Of a stretch of DNA of 64,000 nt, positions 31,262 to 40,325 are shown piece by piece. The position numbers and the translations under genes are program-made. The notes beneath the pieces are model-generated. The model had not been told where the DNA came from. It worked only from the letters and a program-made list of their open reading frames with translations, and searched no databases. This DNA is from Acidimicrobiia bacterium (GTDB lineage: Bacteria > Actinomycetota > Acidimicrobiia > Spongiisociales > ZC4RG35), in the NCBI GenBank assembly GCA_965215185.1, contig OZ244034.1:1568001-1632000 (forward strand), read 5' to 3'. Position 1 is the stretch's first letter. Each line of letters opens with the position of its first letter.

Positions 31262-31482
31262 CAGGTTCAAGGGGTCGTCGCAACACTGCCTTGTTTGAGA
31301 GAGTGTAGGTGTTCGTCGAGGGTCTCGGCGGGGGTCTTCCAGCCGAGGGTTTTGCGTTGTGAGATGGCCATGTCCAAGGCGTCGGTGACCAAAGGGGTGG
31401 TGAGGTCTGATCGCATGGACCATCCCACGACTTTCCGTGACCACAGGTCGATCACCACTGCCAGGTACAGATATCCGGCCTG
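31262..31482 (-). mobile_element. Chimeric IS3/IS30 remnant
   Basis: [16 protein letters not shown]...AISQRK (near-identical to 45930-46060) fused to an IS30-type tail [10 protein letters not shown]...VATTP. Confidence 0.7.
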
Positions 31483-31553
31483 AGCCCCCGAAGCTTGCAT
31501 GTTCGAAGTTCTTAGCCAAAGGAGCTCTTAACGCTCGGGGCCACGGTACTACA

Positions 31554-31772
31554 ATGCGAATTATGAAACCAGCGAGAGACGCGACCATCCCATTGGACGT
31601 CGAAGGCGTTTCCTACGAAGAGTGGGGAATAAGGGTACAGCACCCCAATGGGGCGGTAAGCCACTTGCCCCCAGGGACAGAGTTGAACGAAGATCATTTG
31701 CAGGCTCTTCACGAATCAGCCGATTTGGCAGTGCGGGCACACCAGCGCTACTCGGGCGACAGCCCTGTCTAA
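31554..31772 (+). CDS. Small hypothetical protein
   Basis: 72-aa ORF with protein-like composition; no family recognised. Confidence 0.4.
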   Translation: MRIMKPARDATIPLDVEGVSYEEWGIRVQHPNGAVSHLPPGTELNEDHLQALHESADLAVRAHQRYSGDSPV

Positions 31773-31902
31773 TGAACCTGTGATCTAGTTGAATGTGGAC
31801 AGTGCGCCACCCGATCCTTTGACAAGCCCGCCTCTCTCCACATGTAGCGTTGATTGAGCGCATTGTACATCAGGCTCCCCTAAAACGCCCCACCCCCAAC
31901 CT

Positions 31903-32613
31903 TCACCGCTTTCCGCTGGGTTCCTTCCGCTTCCGCAAGGAAGACCGAGGTAGCCACAAGGCATGAAACACGAGACATTGAGATCGCCATTGTTGAAGCT
32001 GCCTGCACTTCTCCTTCCACTCATCGCTGAGGTTTTGCCTCAACGCTATTTCAATTCCACCACCACTTTTGGGCACCAAGGCAGACGCGTAGGTGGCCAC
32101 CGTCTTATAAATCCCATCTAAATCCGAATTCGGTTTGTTTTCCCTGATGGCGTACAAGTCTTTCAGCTCGTGTTCCATCACCCACTTGATCTGGTTTTCA
32201 GTGACACCCCGGTCCAGGGCTTCGGGAAGAAAGAGCACCTCCACGTAGAGAGGGTGGGGCCAAAAAAGGCCCTTATAGTGCGTGATGGGATAAGGATCGT
32301 CATAGCAAGGCACTTCGGCAAAGTGTAAATCGACCCGTGGCACCAGATGCAACTTCTTGCTGGGATCAATGCGGACCAGTGTTTTCTCTAGGCACTCAAC
32401 GAAATCACTGACGACACCTTCCGGTAAAGCATCTGCAAACCGAGAGACATACTTCGCTCCACTGCCTGCCACCAGGTTGTGAAACGGGGTGGCCTCAACA
32501 TAGTATCGGATCCGGTAATCGTTCGATAGCCATACCGACATCCCCGTACGGATATGCCTCGTTTCCGGGTAGCGGTTCACTTTGAGAGGTAGCGCCGCAG
32601 GCCAGAGAGTCAA
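31903..32613 (-). CDS. Hypothetical protein, zincin-like HE motif
   Basis: Lower-GC 236-aa ORF; IKWVMEHELKDLY has HE but lacks the second His; start uncertain. Confidence 0.5.
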   Translation of the reverse strand: MTLWPAALPLKVNRYPETRHIRTGMSVWLSNDYRIRYYVEATPFHNLVAGSGAKYVSRFADALPEGVVSDFVECLEKTLVRIDPSKKLHLVPRVDLHFAEVPCYDDPYPITHYKGLFWPHPLYVEVLFLPEALDRGVTENQIKWVMEHELKDLYAIRENKPNSDLDGIYKTVATYASALVPKSGGGIEIALRQNLSDEWKEKCRQLQQWRSQCLVFHALWLPRSSLRKRKEPSGKR

Positions 32614-32879
32614 ACTGAACCACTACCCAAATTTGGGGGCGGGCAGACTCGGGGTGGTGTGCTCGGCGCCAAGAACCCAACCTTCGATGCCGCCAGGCCC
32701 GCAAGTCTACGCCGACAGCCCAATTGGCAACCGTTTCCCAACAGTGACGGTGCGCCGCGAGTAGGGATGTACCCAGATCAACCACATACGCGTATCAGAC
32801 AGTCGCAACCGATCTTTCCTCTTCTCCAGAGAATGCTACGATGCGGGGAGATGATGCGGTAAAGAGGACGGTGGTGGTT

Positions 32880-33119
32880 ATGCGCCAGCCCGTGGATCAT
32901 AGGGATTACATCACTATCGATCCCAACAAGCGATTCGGGAAGCCTTGCATCCGAAACATGCGAATCACCGTATTTGATGTCATCAGGTATCTGGCGTCAG
33001 GCATGACGCACGAAGAATTCTTGGACGACTTCCCCGAACTGACCCGTGAGGACATTTTAGCCTGCTACAGCTATCTGGCTGACGAAACCATGGTGCCTCA
33101 GAGGCCGCCCAGCCCGTGA
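32880..33119 (+). CDS. DUF433 antitoxin (no adjacent toxin recognised)
   Basis: ITIDPNKRFGKPCIRNMRITVFDV..YLASGMT.EE.L.DFPELTREDILAC. Confidence 0.9.
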   Translation: MRQPVDHRDYITIDPNKRFGKPCIRNMRITVFDVIRYLASGMTHEEFLDDFPELTREDILACYSYLADETMVPQRPPSP

Positions 33120-33283
33120 GGCTTCTCCTTGACCAGATGCCCTCCTACAAACTACCTCGCCTATTGGAGGATGTCTATCCACACACCAGGTTCCCTCGGT
33201 GTTGTCTGTCACAAGAGAGCCGCGGCTAACTAGGACCCTAAGCTGCTTGCCTATGTCATTTCCCTCTGTTACCATCATGGATC

Positions 33284-33478
33284 ATGCGATCAGAGGCAGC
33301 AAGGGATCCTGATTTGGTGTGCTCAAACGGGAGAACACCGGAAGAGGAGTGGCAATACAGGGCAGATCAGCGCCTTCCGTTGCGCAGCACTCCTCCTACT
33401 CCTGACGAATACCGCCAGTGTACCCGTGAAATCCTAGAGGAAGACAGCAGGCTCCTACAGAGACTTGCTGATGCCTAG
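33284..33478 (+). CDS. Putative antitoxin of a Doc-type module
   Basis: C-terminal REILEEDSRLLQRLA resembles Doc-associated antitoxins; sits upstream of a Doc-like fragment. Confidence 0.45.
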   Translation: MRSEAARDPDLVCSNGRTPEEEWQYRADQRLPLRSTPPTPDEYRQCTREILEEDSRLLQRLADA

Positions 33479-33490
33479 CGGCCAAGAGAC

Positions 33491-33569
33491 TTGAGCGATG
33501 CTTGGGAGGGTGGGGAACCAAACTGGGTTCCTATGCGTGTCATTGTGGAACTCCACGACCTGGCTATGT
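33491..33569 (+). pseudogene. Doc/Fic toxin N-terminal fragment
   Basis: EPNWVPMRVIVELHD resembles the Doc N-terminus; cut by the repeat at 33570. Confidence 0.45.
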
Positions 33570-33645
33570 GCCACCACCCCTGACCTGGGGCTCCGCAGGG
33601 GCTCCACATAGGACTCCACATTCAAACCGGGAGGGCTCCACATTT
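33570..33645 (+). repeat. GGCTCCACAT-repeat element end, copy 4
   Basis: GCCACCACCCCTGACCTGGGG..GGGGCTCCACATAGGACTCCACATTCAAACCGGGAGGGCTCCACATTT. Confidence 0.85.
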
Positions 33646-33871
33646 GCTGGCCGAACATCTGATCCATGGATGCTTCCCATTGGTAGTCCGCATCGCCATC
33701 GGCAGGCCAGACGAGCAAAAGGTCAACGTCGCTGTCTTTGTTGGCCTCCCGACGGGCCAGCGAACCGAACAGCAGCGCCTTGATCGCACCTTTGGCGTTG
33801 GATCTGACAACCTCGGCAACCTTAGAGAACAAGGAGTCGTAATCCACCACCACGGGGAGAGTCTGGCTCAT
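33646..33871 (-). pseudogene. Minimal nucleotidyltransferase (MNT antitoxin), truncated
   Basis: LLFGSLARREANKDSDVDLLLV (GS-X10-DXD); 3' end runs into the repeat. Confidence 0.75.
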
Positions 33872-33884
33872 GTTCCTATCATAC

Positions 33885-34410
33885 CTGACCGGGTGCGACG
33901 ACGGACAAGTTGCAGGATGGTGCCGCTCCTTCGGTCTCGCCGCTCACACCATCGGCGTGTTGGCCCTAGCCATCGCCCACAACCTCAAACAAACCCTCAC
34001 GGTCGAAAGAACCCAAACAGACAAGCCCGCCCCTCCGGCCAGGCCCAAAAGTCACCAGCCGACCCGCAGGAACATCCTCGCCGACAGCCTCTTCGCACGG
34101 ATACCGCCCGACTAGCACACTTGCCGCACCCCCGACAGTAGCCCCCACTGCTGTCGGCTTTGCCGCGCCCGGACAACCCAAACCGGTACCCCGAAGCCTC
34201 CCAGCCCACCCCAGAACCCCCCACAGCACCCCAACAGGCAGCAGAACACCCCGAGAACAGGCAAAAACAGGAAAAAGGACCTAACTGGTCCACTTATTTG
34301 AGATAACTGGACCAGAGGTCTGGGTGGCCTGTGGGCGACCACCTCTGACCTGGGACTCCGCAGGGGCTCCACATTAGTCTCCACATTCAAACCGGGAGGG
34401 CTCCACATTT
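33885..34410 (+). mobile_element. YREK-type transposase 3' remnant plus non-coding end (repeat copy 5)
   Basis: GWCRSFGLAAHTIGVLALAIAHNL...PPD stop at 34115, then ~300 bp conserved tail ending GGCTCCACATTT. Confidence 0.8.
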
Positions 34411-34501
34411 GGGTTCGGCGGTGCCCGATCAACCCATTTGGGGAAGCACCAAGGGTTGATCGGGACATCCACTCCCACCAGCATCCAATAGAATAGAGTC
34501 C

Positions 34502-34730
34502 ATGCCTGATAGCCATATTGACTATTGGAACCACATAGCACTTGATCCCGAGGTGAGATTCGGCAAACCCTGTATCGCCGGAACCAGGATCACGGTCAGC
34601 GACATCCTCGAGAAAATGTCCTTCGGCATGACCGAGGAAGACATTCTTTCCGAGTGGGACTATCCTGTCTGGCGTACGCGTCCAACGGCCACCTAGCCAG
34701 AGCGTAGCCGTTCCCAACCATCCTGCATGA
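34502..34730 (+). pseudogene. DUF433 antitoxin (frameshifted near 3' end)
   Basis: IALDPEVRFGKPCIAGTRITVSDILE..S.GMTEEDIL. Confidence 0.8.
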
Positions 34731-35053
34731 AGCTGCTCTTTGACGAGAACCTCTCTCCGCGGTTGCCTCGCCTCCTATCGGATCTCTACCCCGATTCTGC
34801 ACATGTCGTTGCCTTAGGCATTGACCGGACCGGGGATTCGGGGATTTGGAATTATGCAAAGGATTTCGATTTCATCATCACTACCAAGGACTCGGACTAC
34901 CTCGAGTTGAGCGAGAGTAGGGGGCACCCGCCGAAGCTCGTGCTGGTTGAATCCGGCAATCAGCCTACATGGGTTGTCGAGGCAGATCTCCGCAACAACT
35001 ATGACCGGATGCGGCGTTTCAGTGGTAACGATGAGCCGGTATTGAGAATCTGA
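34727..35053 (+). CDS. DUF5615 PIN-like toxin (VapC45-like)
   Basis: MKLLFDENLSP, D..IW.YA, IITTKDSDY, GHPPKLV..GN. Confidence 0.9.
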   Translation: MKLLFDENLSPRLPRLLSDLYPDSAHVVALGIDRTGDSGIWNYAKDFDFIITTKDSDYLELSESRGHPPKLVLVESGNQPTWVVEADLRNNYDRMRRFSGNDEPVLRI

Positions 35054-35094
35054 GCCCGGCCAAGAGGAATTCGACAAGCCGTAGGGGTTCATTT

Positions 35095-35802
35095 CCGCCC
35101 CGTTCTTCGGCTACGACGCTCACATCGCCGTCGCCGAGGCAGTCTGGCCAGGCAACCCCAAGTTCATCAAGGTCGGAACAAAAGGCCAACGACTCCTCAA
35201 CTCGACAGGAACCCTCCTTCCGCCGGGACTGCCCGAATACATGCAGATCCCGTCCGAAGATGCAAAACCCGAAGACCTGACCGAGTGATACGTCAACCGT
35301 GCCCTGTGGCGGTGGACACGAAACCGGAAACTCGACAACGGCGGCGGACAGTTCGGCTGTTCACAGTGCGCCGGGAGGGTCACCACCAAAGCCCAAACCC
35401 GCAACCCTGACGCTATTCCCAACAAAGCCGCTCCGTTCCTGCCCATCGAAGACGAACGATGCTGTCATCATCCCAGCCGACCTGCTCGATGCCTACCAAG
35501 ACATCCCCTACGGGACTCCCGCACACGACAAAAGCTACGGACGTCGCAACCCCGTCGAGAAAACCTTTTCCATGATCAAGGACAAAGGCGGCCTGCAAGC
35601 CGGATGGTGCCGCTCCTTCGGTCTCGCCGCCCACACCATCGGCGTGTTGGCCCTAGCCATCGCCCACAACCTCAAACAAACCCTCACGGTCGAAAGTACC
35701 CAAACCGAAAAACCCGCCCCTCCGGCCAGGCCCAAAAGTCACCAGCCGACCCGCAGGAACATCCTCGCCGACAGCCTCACCCCACGGGCACCGCCCGACT
35801 AG
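35095..35802 (+). mobile_element. YREK-type transposase remnant (internal deletion, nonsense codon)
   Basis: FFGYDAHIAVA..W.GNP joined to KFIKVG; CSQCAGRV; YGRRNPVEKTFSMIK; PPD stop. Confidence 0.8.
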
Positions 35803-37529
35803 GAGGCTGCTGAGTATTGGGGTTGGTGGTGGGGTGTTGGTGTGCTGAGGTGAGGCGTTTGGTTTTTGGTATGGGTTCTGTTTCTGGCAAAGAGAGCCTG
35901 TGGGGGACCTTCAGGGTGGGTGTCGGTTGGTTAGGTGGGGTTGATGGCCCAGCCGGTGGGGGTGTGGTGGAGGCCGAGGTTGATGAGCCGTCGTAGATTG
36001 ATAGCGGCGATTCGGGTGTGGAGTTGTTGTCGGTTCGGTTTTATGCCCCGGTATCGGAGTTTTCGGTTTCCGTTGGCTACCACCCAGGCGATGATCCGAT
36101 CCACTGATGGCCGGTGACGGTTGTAACGTGTTTTGGTTTCGGGTTGTTTCCATTGCTGTCGGGCTTCGGTGAGCAGCCGATCGTGGGGGTGGATCGTCAG
36201 GTAGCGTCCTCTTTTGCTGGTGGTGCATCGGCGCCGGTGGGGACATTCGGTACAGACGACACCGAATCTGACCTGTCCTTTGGTGCCGATGGTGGCGGTG
36301 TTACCGGCCGGGCAGGTGACCCTGTTTTGGTCGTGGTCGATAACAAAGTCGTCGCGGGTGAACTGGTCAGGACCCAGCCGAGGGTTACGACGCTGCCCGA
36401 TGGGTTTGATGATGGCCCGGTGACCAGCCGCCCTCAGTTTGGCGCGGACCTCTCCCGACCCGTAAGCGGAATCGGCGATGACCTCGGTATCCGACGGTTC
36501 GCCGTCCAGCAGTTCCACACCCGCCGGACCGTCGGCTGTGGTGGCCCCTGTTATCTCACAGGCAGTGACGATTCCCGTGTCAGGTTCTGCGGCTATGTGC
36601 GCTTTGTAACCGTCCCGACGCTGCGAAGAAGTTTTGCGACCGTGACGAGCCCTCGGATCGACCACCGAAATCGTCCGATCCGAAGCCACCCGTCGGGCGA
36701 TCCGCCACTTTCCCTCCCGCTGGGGATCGGGTTCCACATCTTGGCCGACCACCACCCCCAACAAACCCACTGCCTCTGACTGCCGCTTGTCCAAGTCGGT
36801 GTCGGCGACTGCATCCAACACTGCCAACCCGTCGGACACCAGACTGTGGATCAACCCCGAACGGCTGTCAGAATCCGCCCAATCACAGGAAGGCTTGCCC
36901 CCTTGGTCGTAATCATGGGACAACACCACCCCACGCGCTTGGGAAATCAGACGGCGACACCGACGAATCTGGGCGGTGATCATCGTCACCGTGTCCTGGC
37001 CAGCCACCGCATCATCCAACACCGTAGAGTCCAACACCCGCCTGACACGACCAGACAACACCCCCGACTGGTCCACCACCTTTCTAACCGCGTCGAAGAT
37101 CCGCTCCGGCGCCTCACTGCGGCGTAGCCTCGCCCGCCACAAAGTCAACACCGTAGGATGAAACCCTCGATCAGTCAATCCCAGACCCGCCGCGGCCTTC
37201 CACGCGATATCACGCCGTAACCGTCCGATCGCTTCACGATCAGACAAACCCTCCAACGCCTGCAACACCATCACCGTGGCCACCACCGACCCCGGTATCG
37301 ATGGGCGACCCCGACCACCATACAAATCCTCGAACAACCCATCAGGGAACACCCGACCACGATGCTCCGCCAAAAACCGGTAAACCGACCCTTCGGGAAC
37401 CAGATCACCACACACCGCCATAGTGTCCAACAACTGCCGATCTAAACGTTCACTACCCAACATACCCACAAATTATCCCACAAACCACCCCCCACAACCA
37501 AGCATCACCCCGAATAAATCAGCAGCCTC
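35803..37529 (-). mobile_element. IS1182-family insertion sequence, apparently intact
   Basis: Terminal IRs GAGGCTGCTGA / TCAGCAGCCTC, CTAG target duplication, 512-aa transposase. Confidence 0.9.
35931..37469 (-). CDS. IS1182-family transposase
   Basis: GRPSIP, LQALEGLSDREA, VLDST, DGYKAH, ADSAYG, TCPAG..C..CP...C, Y..RPSVDR (canonical E appears as D). Confidence 0.88.
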   Translation of the reverse strand: MGMLGSERLDRQLLDTMAVCGDLVPEGSVYRFLAEHRGRVFPDGLFEDLYGGRGRPSIPGSVVATVMVLQALEGLSDREAIGRLRRDIAWKAAAGLGLTDRGFHPTVLTLWRARLRRSEAPERIFDAVRKVVDQSGVLSGRVRRVLDSTVLDDAVAGQDTVTMITAQIRRCRRLISQARGVVLSHDYDQGGKPSCDWADSDSRSGLIHSLVSDGLAVLDAVADTDLDKRQSEAVGLLGVVVGQDVEPDPQREGKWRIARRVASDRTISVVDPRARHGRKTSSQRRDGYKAHIAAEPDTGIVTACEITGATTADGPAGVELLDGEPSDTEVIADSAYGSGEVRAKLRAAGHRAIIKPIGQRRNPRLGPDQFTRDDFVIDHDQNRVTCPAGNTATIGTKGQVRFGVVCTECPHRRRCTTSKRGRYLTIHPHDRLLTEARQQWKQPETKTRYNRHRPSVDRIIAWVVANGNRKLRYRGIKPNRQQLHTRIAAINLRRLINLGLHHTPTGWAINPT

Positions 37530-37833
37530 CTAGGCACACAGCCCGTACCCGGCGCCGACAGTAACCCTTACTGTCGGCTTTAGCGCGCCCGGAAAGACCC
37601 AAACCGGCGCACCCAAACCTCCCAGCCCACCCAAAACCTCCCTACAGCAGCCCGATAGGCAACAGAAAACCCCCAAGAACGGGCAAAAACAGGAAAAAAC
37701 GGCCTAACTGGCCCACTTATTTGAGATAAATGGACCAGAGGTCTGGGTGGCCTGTGGGCCACCAGCCTTGACCTGCGGCGCAGTAGGGGCTCCACATAGG
37801 ACTCCACATTCAAACCGGGAGGGCTCCACATTT
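37530..37833 (+). repeat. Non-coding tail of the YREK element (repeat copy 6), displaced by IS1182
   Basis: Colinear with 34112-34410 and 63809-64000. Confidence 0.85.
37554..37581 (+). terminator. Hairpin downstream of the YREK transposase
   Basis: GCCGACAGTAA-CCC-TTACTGTCGGC followed by TTT; also at 63833-63857, variant at 34132-34157. Confidence 0.55.
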
Positions 37834-38171
37834 CAGCGGAGTAGGCAGAGGATCGAGTTCTCCCAACAAGCGTGGACCGAATAGGGGTTGTATCTGTTCC
37901 AACGAAATTCCCAAACGCTCCTGGCCCTGCTCGAGGATACTCAGCCGGTCGGCAGGGTCGAGCTCCTGGTCCGATTCAACAAAGAACGCGGCTATGTTGG
38001 CGGTGATGAAGGACACCACCCCGATCCCGGCCAGCAGTCCGGCGATCTTTCACGACCCCAAAGAGTTCTGGCAGCAACTCAGGGTATCAAACCTAGACAA
38101 GTGACGTTTTCTGATTACGGTTCGAGTGCAGTCGAATACCAGCACCGAAGAAATCCTGTCCCTCAGCGTTC

Positions 38172-39365
38172 TCAGGGAACCGTGTTGGGTGGTTGATCGT
38201 CGCCCGGTGTTGGTGTGGAGTTCGGAGTGGTTCCCCCTCCGGTGTTGCCGGGTGGGCCGGGGGGTTCTTCCTCGCCGGGTGCCGGTGGAGGCAGTGCTGG
38301 CGCGTCGGTCTCATAAGACACACCCACGCTCGGATCCTCGTAGTAGGTGCGCAGGTCGTTAGCGTCGGTGACCAACATAGGCAGATCCGACGCCTTCCCG
38401 ATAGGCCCCCCAGTGAATGCGATGCGGTTCGCTGACGCCGCTCTTACTTGCCGCTCCAACTCAGCCAGCGGCATGTCTAACTGAGCCCGTTCCTCAGAAG
38501 TGAACGCCAACTCTATGTTCTGGTAGACAGCCCTAGGCGGGTTATCATCAGTCCGCTGAACAAACCACACAGCCAACCCCAACTCCGTACCCCATGCTTC
38601 TAAGGTAATAGTGGGGATTCGGAGAAACAATACGAGTTCCTTCCCTTCATAAACCGATGCGGTTCTCTGAGCCGGGAATTCCAAGACCTTGTCCACCCAC
38701 TCCTCTTCGCCACCATATTTCAAAATGAATTCTTCCCGAAACCCGTCCACCCTGGGAAAAAACAACGATTCTCTATGGAGTGACACCGTCAGTTCAGGAG
38801 GTCCTTCACCCACTAAATACTCGTTCACCCTCAAATCAGCGAAGCAATGCACATGAACGTATACCTCAGAAATCCGTTTGAGTCTTTCGTTGGTGAAATC
38901 GGGGGGTCTGACTTCGTAGTCATCACATAGGAAACTATCCGGCCGCACCGTTCCCCGGATAACTATATGTGGTACTAATGAAGGATACATTGGTTGATCT
39001 GGGTTCAACCTTCCCAATAATAAGTCGGTTATAGTTGTGAGGGGCTCTGGGAGACCCCGTGAGGCACTCTGTAATACTTGTCCAACCTGGGTTGGCATTC
39101 CAGGTTCGCAGGGATCTATAGCGCTCCTGTCAATTGGGACGCAAGGGGCGACAGTCCCCTCCAGATAGGCTGGACAGTGGGCGCAAGGGGCGACAGTCCC
39201 CTCCAGATAGGCTGGGCCAGCCAAATCCAATGTAGAGTCGGTAGTAGTGACAGATTCCTCGCTGACCGGATCATTATTGGTTGATACCGACTGGCAACCT
39301 GGCACCATAACCAGTAGCACTAACAACGCTAACAGTTTCGGTTGCTTTGCCATTGTTTCCCTCAT
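38172..39365 (-). CDS. Hypothetical lipoprotein with Pro-rich C-terminus
   Basis: KQPKLLALLVLLVMVPGC lipobox; duplicated PAYLEGTVAPC; lower GC. Confidence 0.75.
   Translation of the reverse strand: MRETMAKQPKLLALLVLLVMVPGCQSVSTNNDPVSEESVTTTDSTLDLAGPAYLEGTVAPCAHCPAYLEGTVAPCVPIDRSAIDPCEPGMPTQVGQVLQSASRGLPEPLTTITDLLLGRLNPDQPMYPSLVPHIVIRGTVRPDSFLCDDYEVRPPDFTNERLKRISEVYVHVHCFADLRVNEYLVGEGPPELTVSLHRESLFFPRVDGFREEFILKYGGEEEWVDKVLEFPAQRTASVYEGKELVLFLRIPTITLEAWGTELGLAVWFVQRTDDNPPRAVYQNIELAFTSEERAQLDMPLAELERQVRAASANRIAFTGGPIGKASDLPMLVTDANDLRTYYEDPSVGVSYETDAPALPPPAPGEEEPPGPPGNTGGGTTPNSTPTPGDDQPPNTVP
39140..39215. repeat. 34-bp direct repeat with 42-bp period, in frame
   Basis: CGCAAGGGGCGACAGTCCCCTCCAGATAGGCTGG at 39140 and 39182. 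Confidence 0.9.
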
Positions 39366-39388
39366 GACAGTGTCCTTTCTCAGTGGTT

Positions 39389-40300
39389 TCAAGGTCGGGA
39401 TTGATATATTGCGTTGATAGCCGCTATGTCGTATTTGGTAGGAGAACACGTAACATAGCCTTGGTCTATAGAAGACTCAGCTCCACTATCCGTTGGCGGA
39501 TCCGCAAGACCAAAGGCGTGACCTGCCTCATGTATTACAAGGCGATAAAAATTCGAACAAGAACGCCCTCGTGGTATTACGTTGCTCTGATCTTGTCTGA
39601 TCATTAACTTGGCATATCTAATCTCACCATAAGTCGAAATTGTAGCATCATTGTCAAAACGGTATAGAGCGCATCCGAGCAAATCCCCACAACGGCTCAT
39701 CATGTCTTGAACGGTTACGCGTTCGACAGTGCTGGTTGTCCGATCATTGCGTAGCGGTTGGCATTCGTACTGGTGGGTTACTTCATTGACCTTGATGGCA
39801 GTTAGCATGCTAGAGGCAAGTGGCCAGCTAGCTATGCCTTCTACTATTGCATCGATCGAGGGTTGTCTTTCGTTTATGTCATCTGTTGATTGGAGATCTG
39901 CCGGTAGTCCGTTCAGGCAGAGTGTATAACTGTAGGTACGGGATGGGATGTAGCCCAAAATATGAACGGGTCCTATCTTGCCTCCTCTGCGGGCTGATGG
40001 CGGCGTGGTGTAGGCAAGAACGGTTTCTGCCCAGCCTGACAGGCCACCTGAGTTGACAGCTTGTACCCGGATTTCAAATAGACGTTCGCGTGCAAGACTT
40101 GTTTATGGTGAGATTAGTGTTAGTGGGAGTGAGCGTGGAAGACCATCCGTTATCGTGATTTGGGCATGTGGTGCCCGGGCAGGGCCGGTGTTCTACTTCG
40201 TAGGCGGTTGCACCAGGAACGGCGTTCCACCGTACTGTGATTTGCCCAACCAACACGGTCAAGCCCGGAATGCCTGGGGCGTTGCGGCTCGGCACCTACT
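39389..40300 (-). pseudogene. FN3 plus zinc metalloprotease (matrixin-like), 5'-truncated and frameshifted
   Basis: ITVRWNAVPGATAYEV, frameshift, FEIRVQAVNSGGLSGW (FN3); LVIHEAGHAFGL; PTKYDIAAINAIY. Confidence 0.7.
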
Positions 40301-40325
40301 GTGCTGAAGAAAAGGGGGTAAGGAC

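Noticed and set aside
37834-38160. Minus-strand coding-like fragment (YPELLPELFGVV...)
   Set aside because: Interrupted by stops and not assignable to a family.
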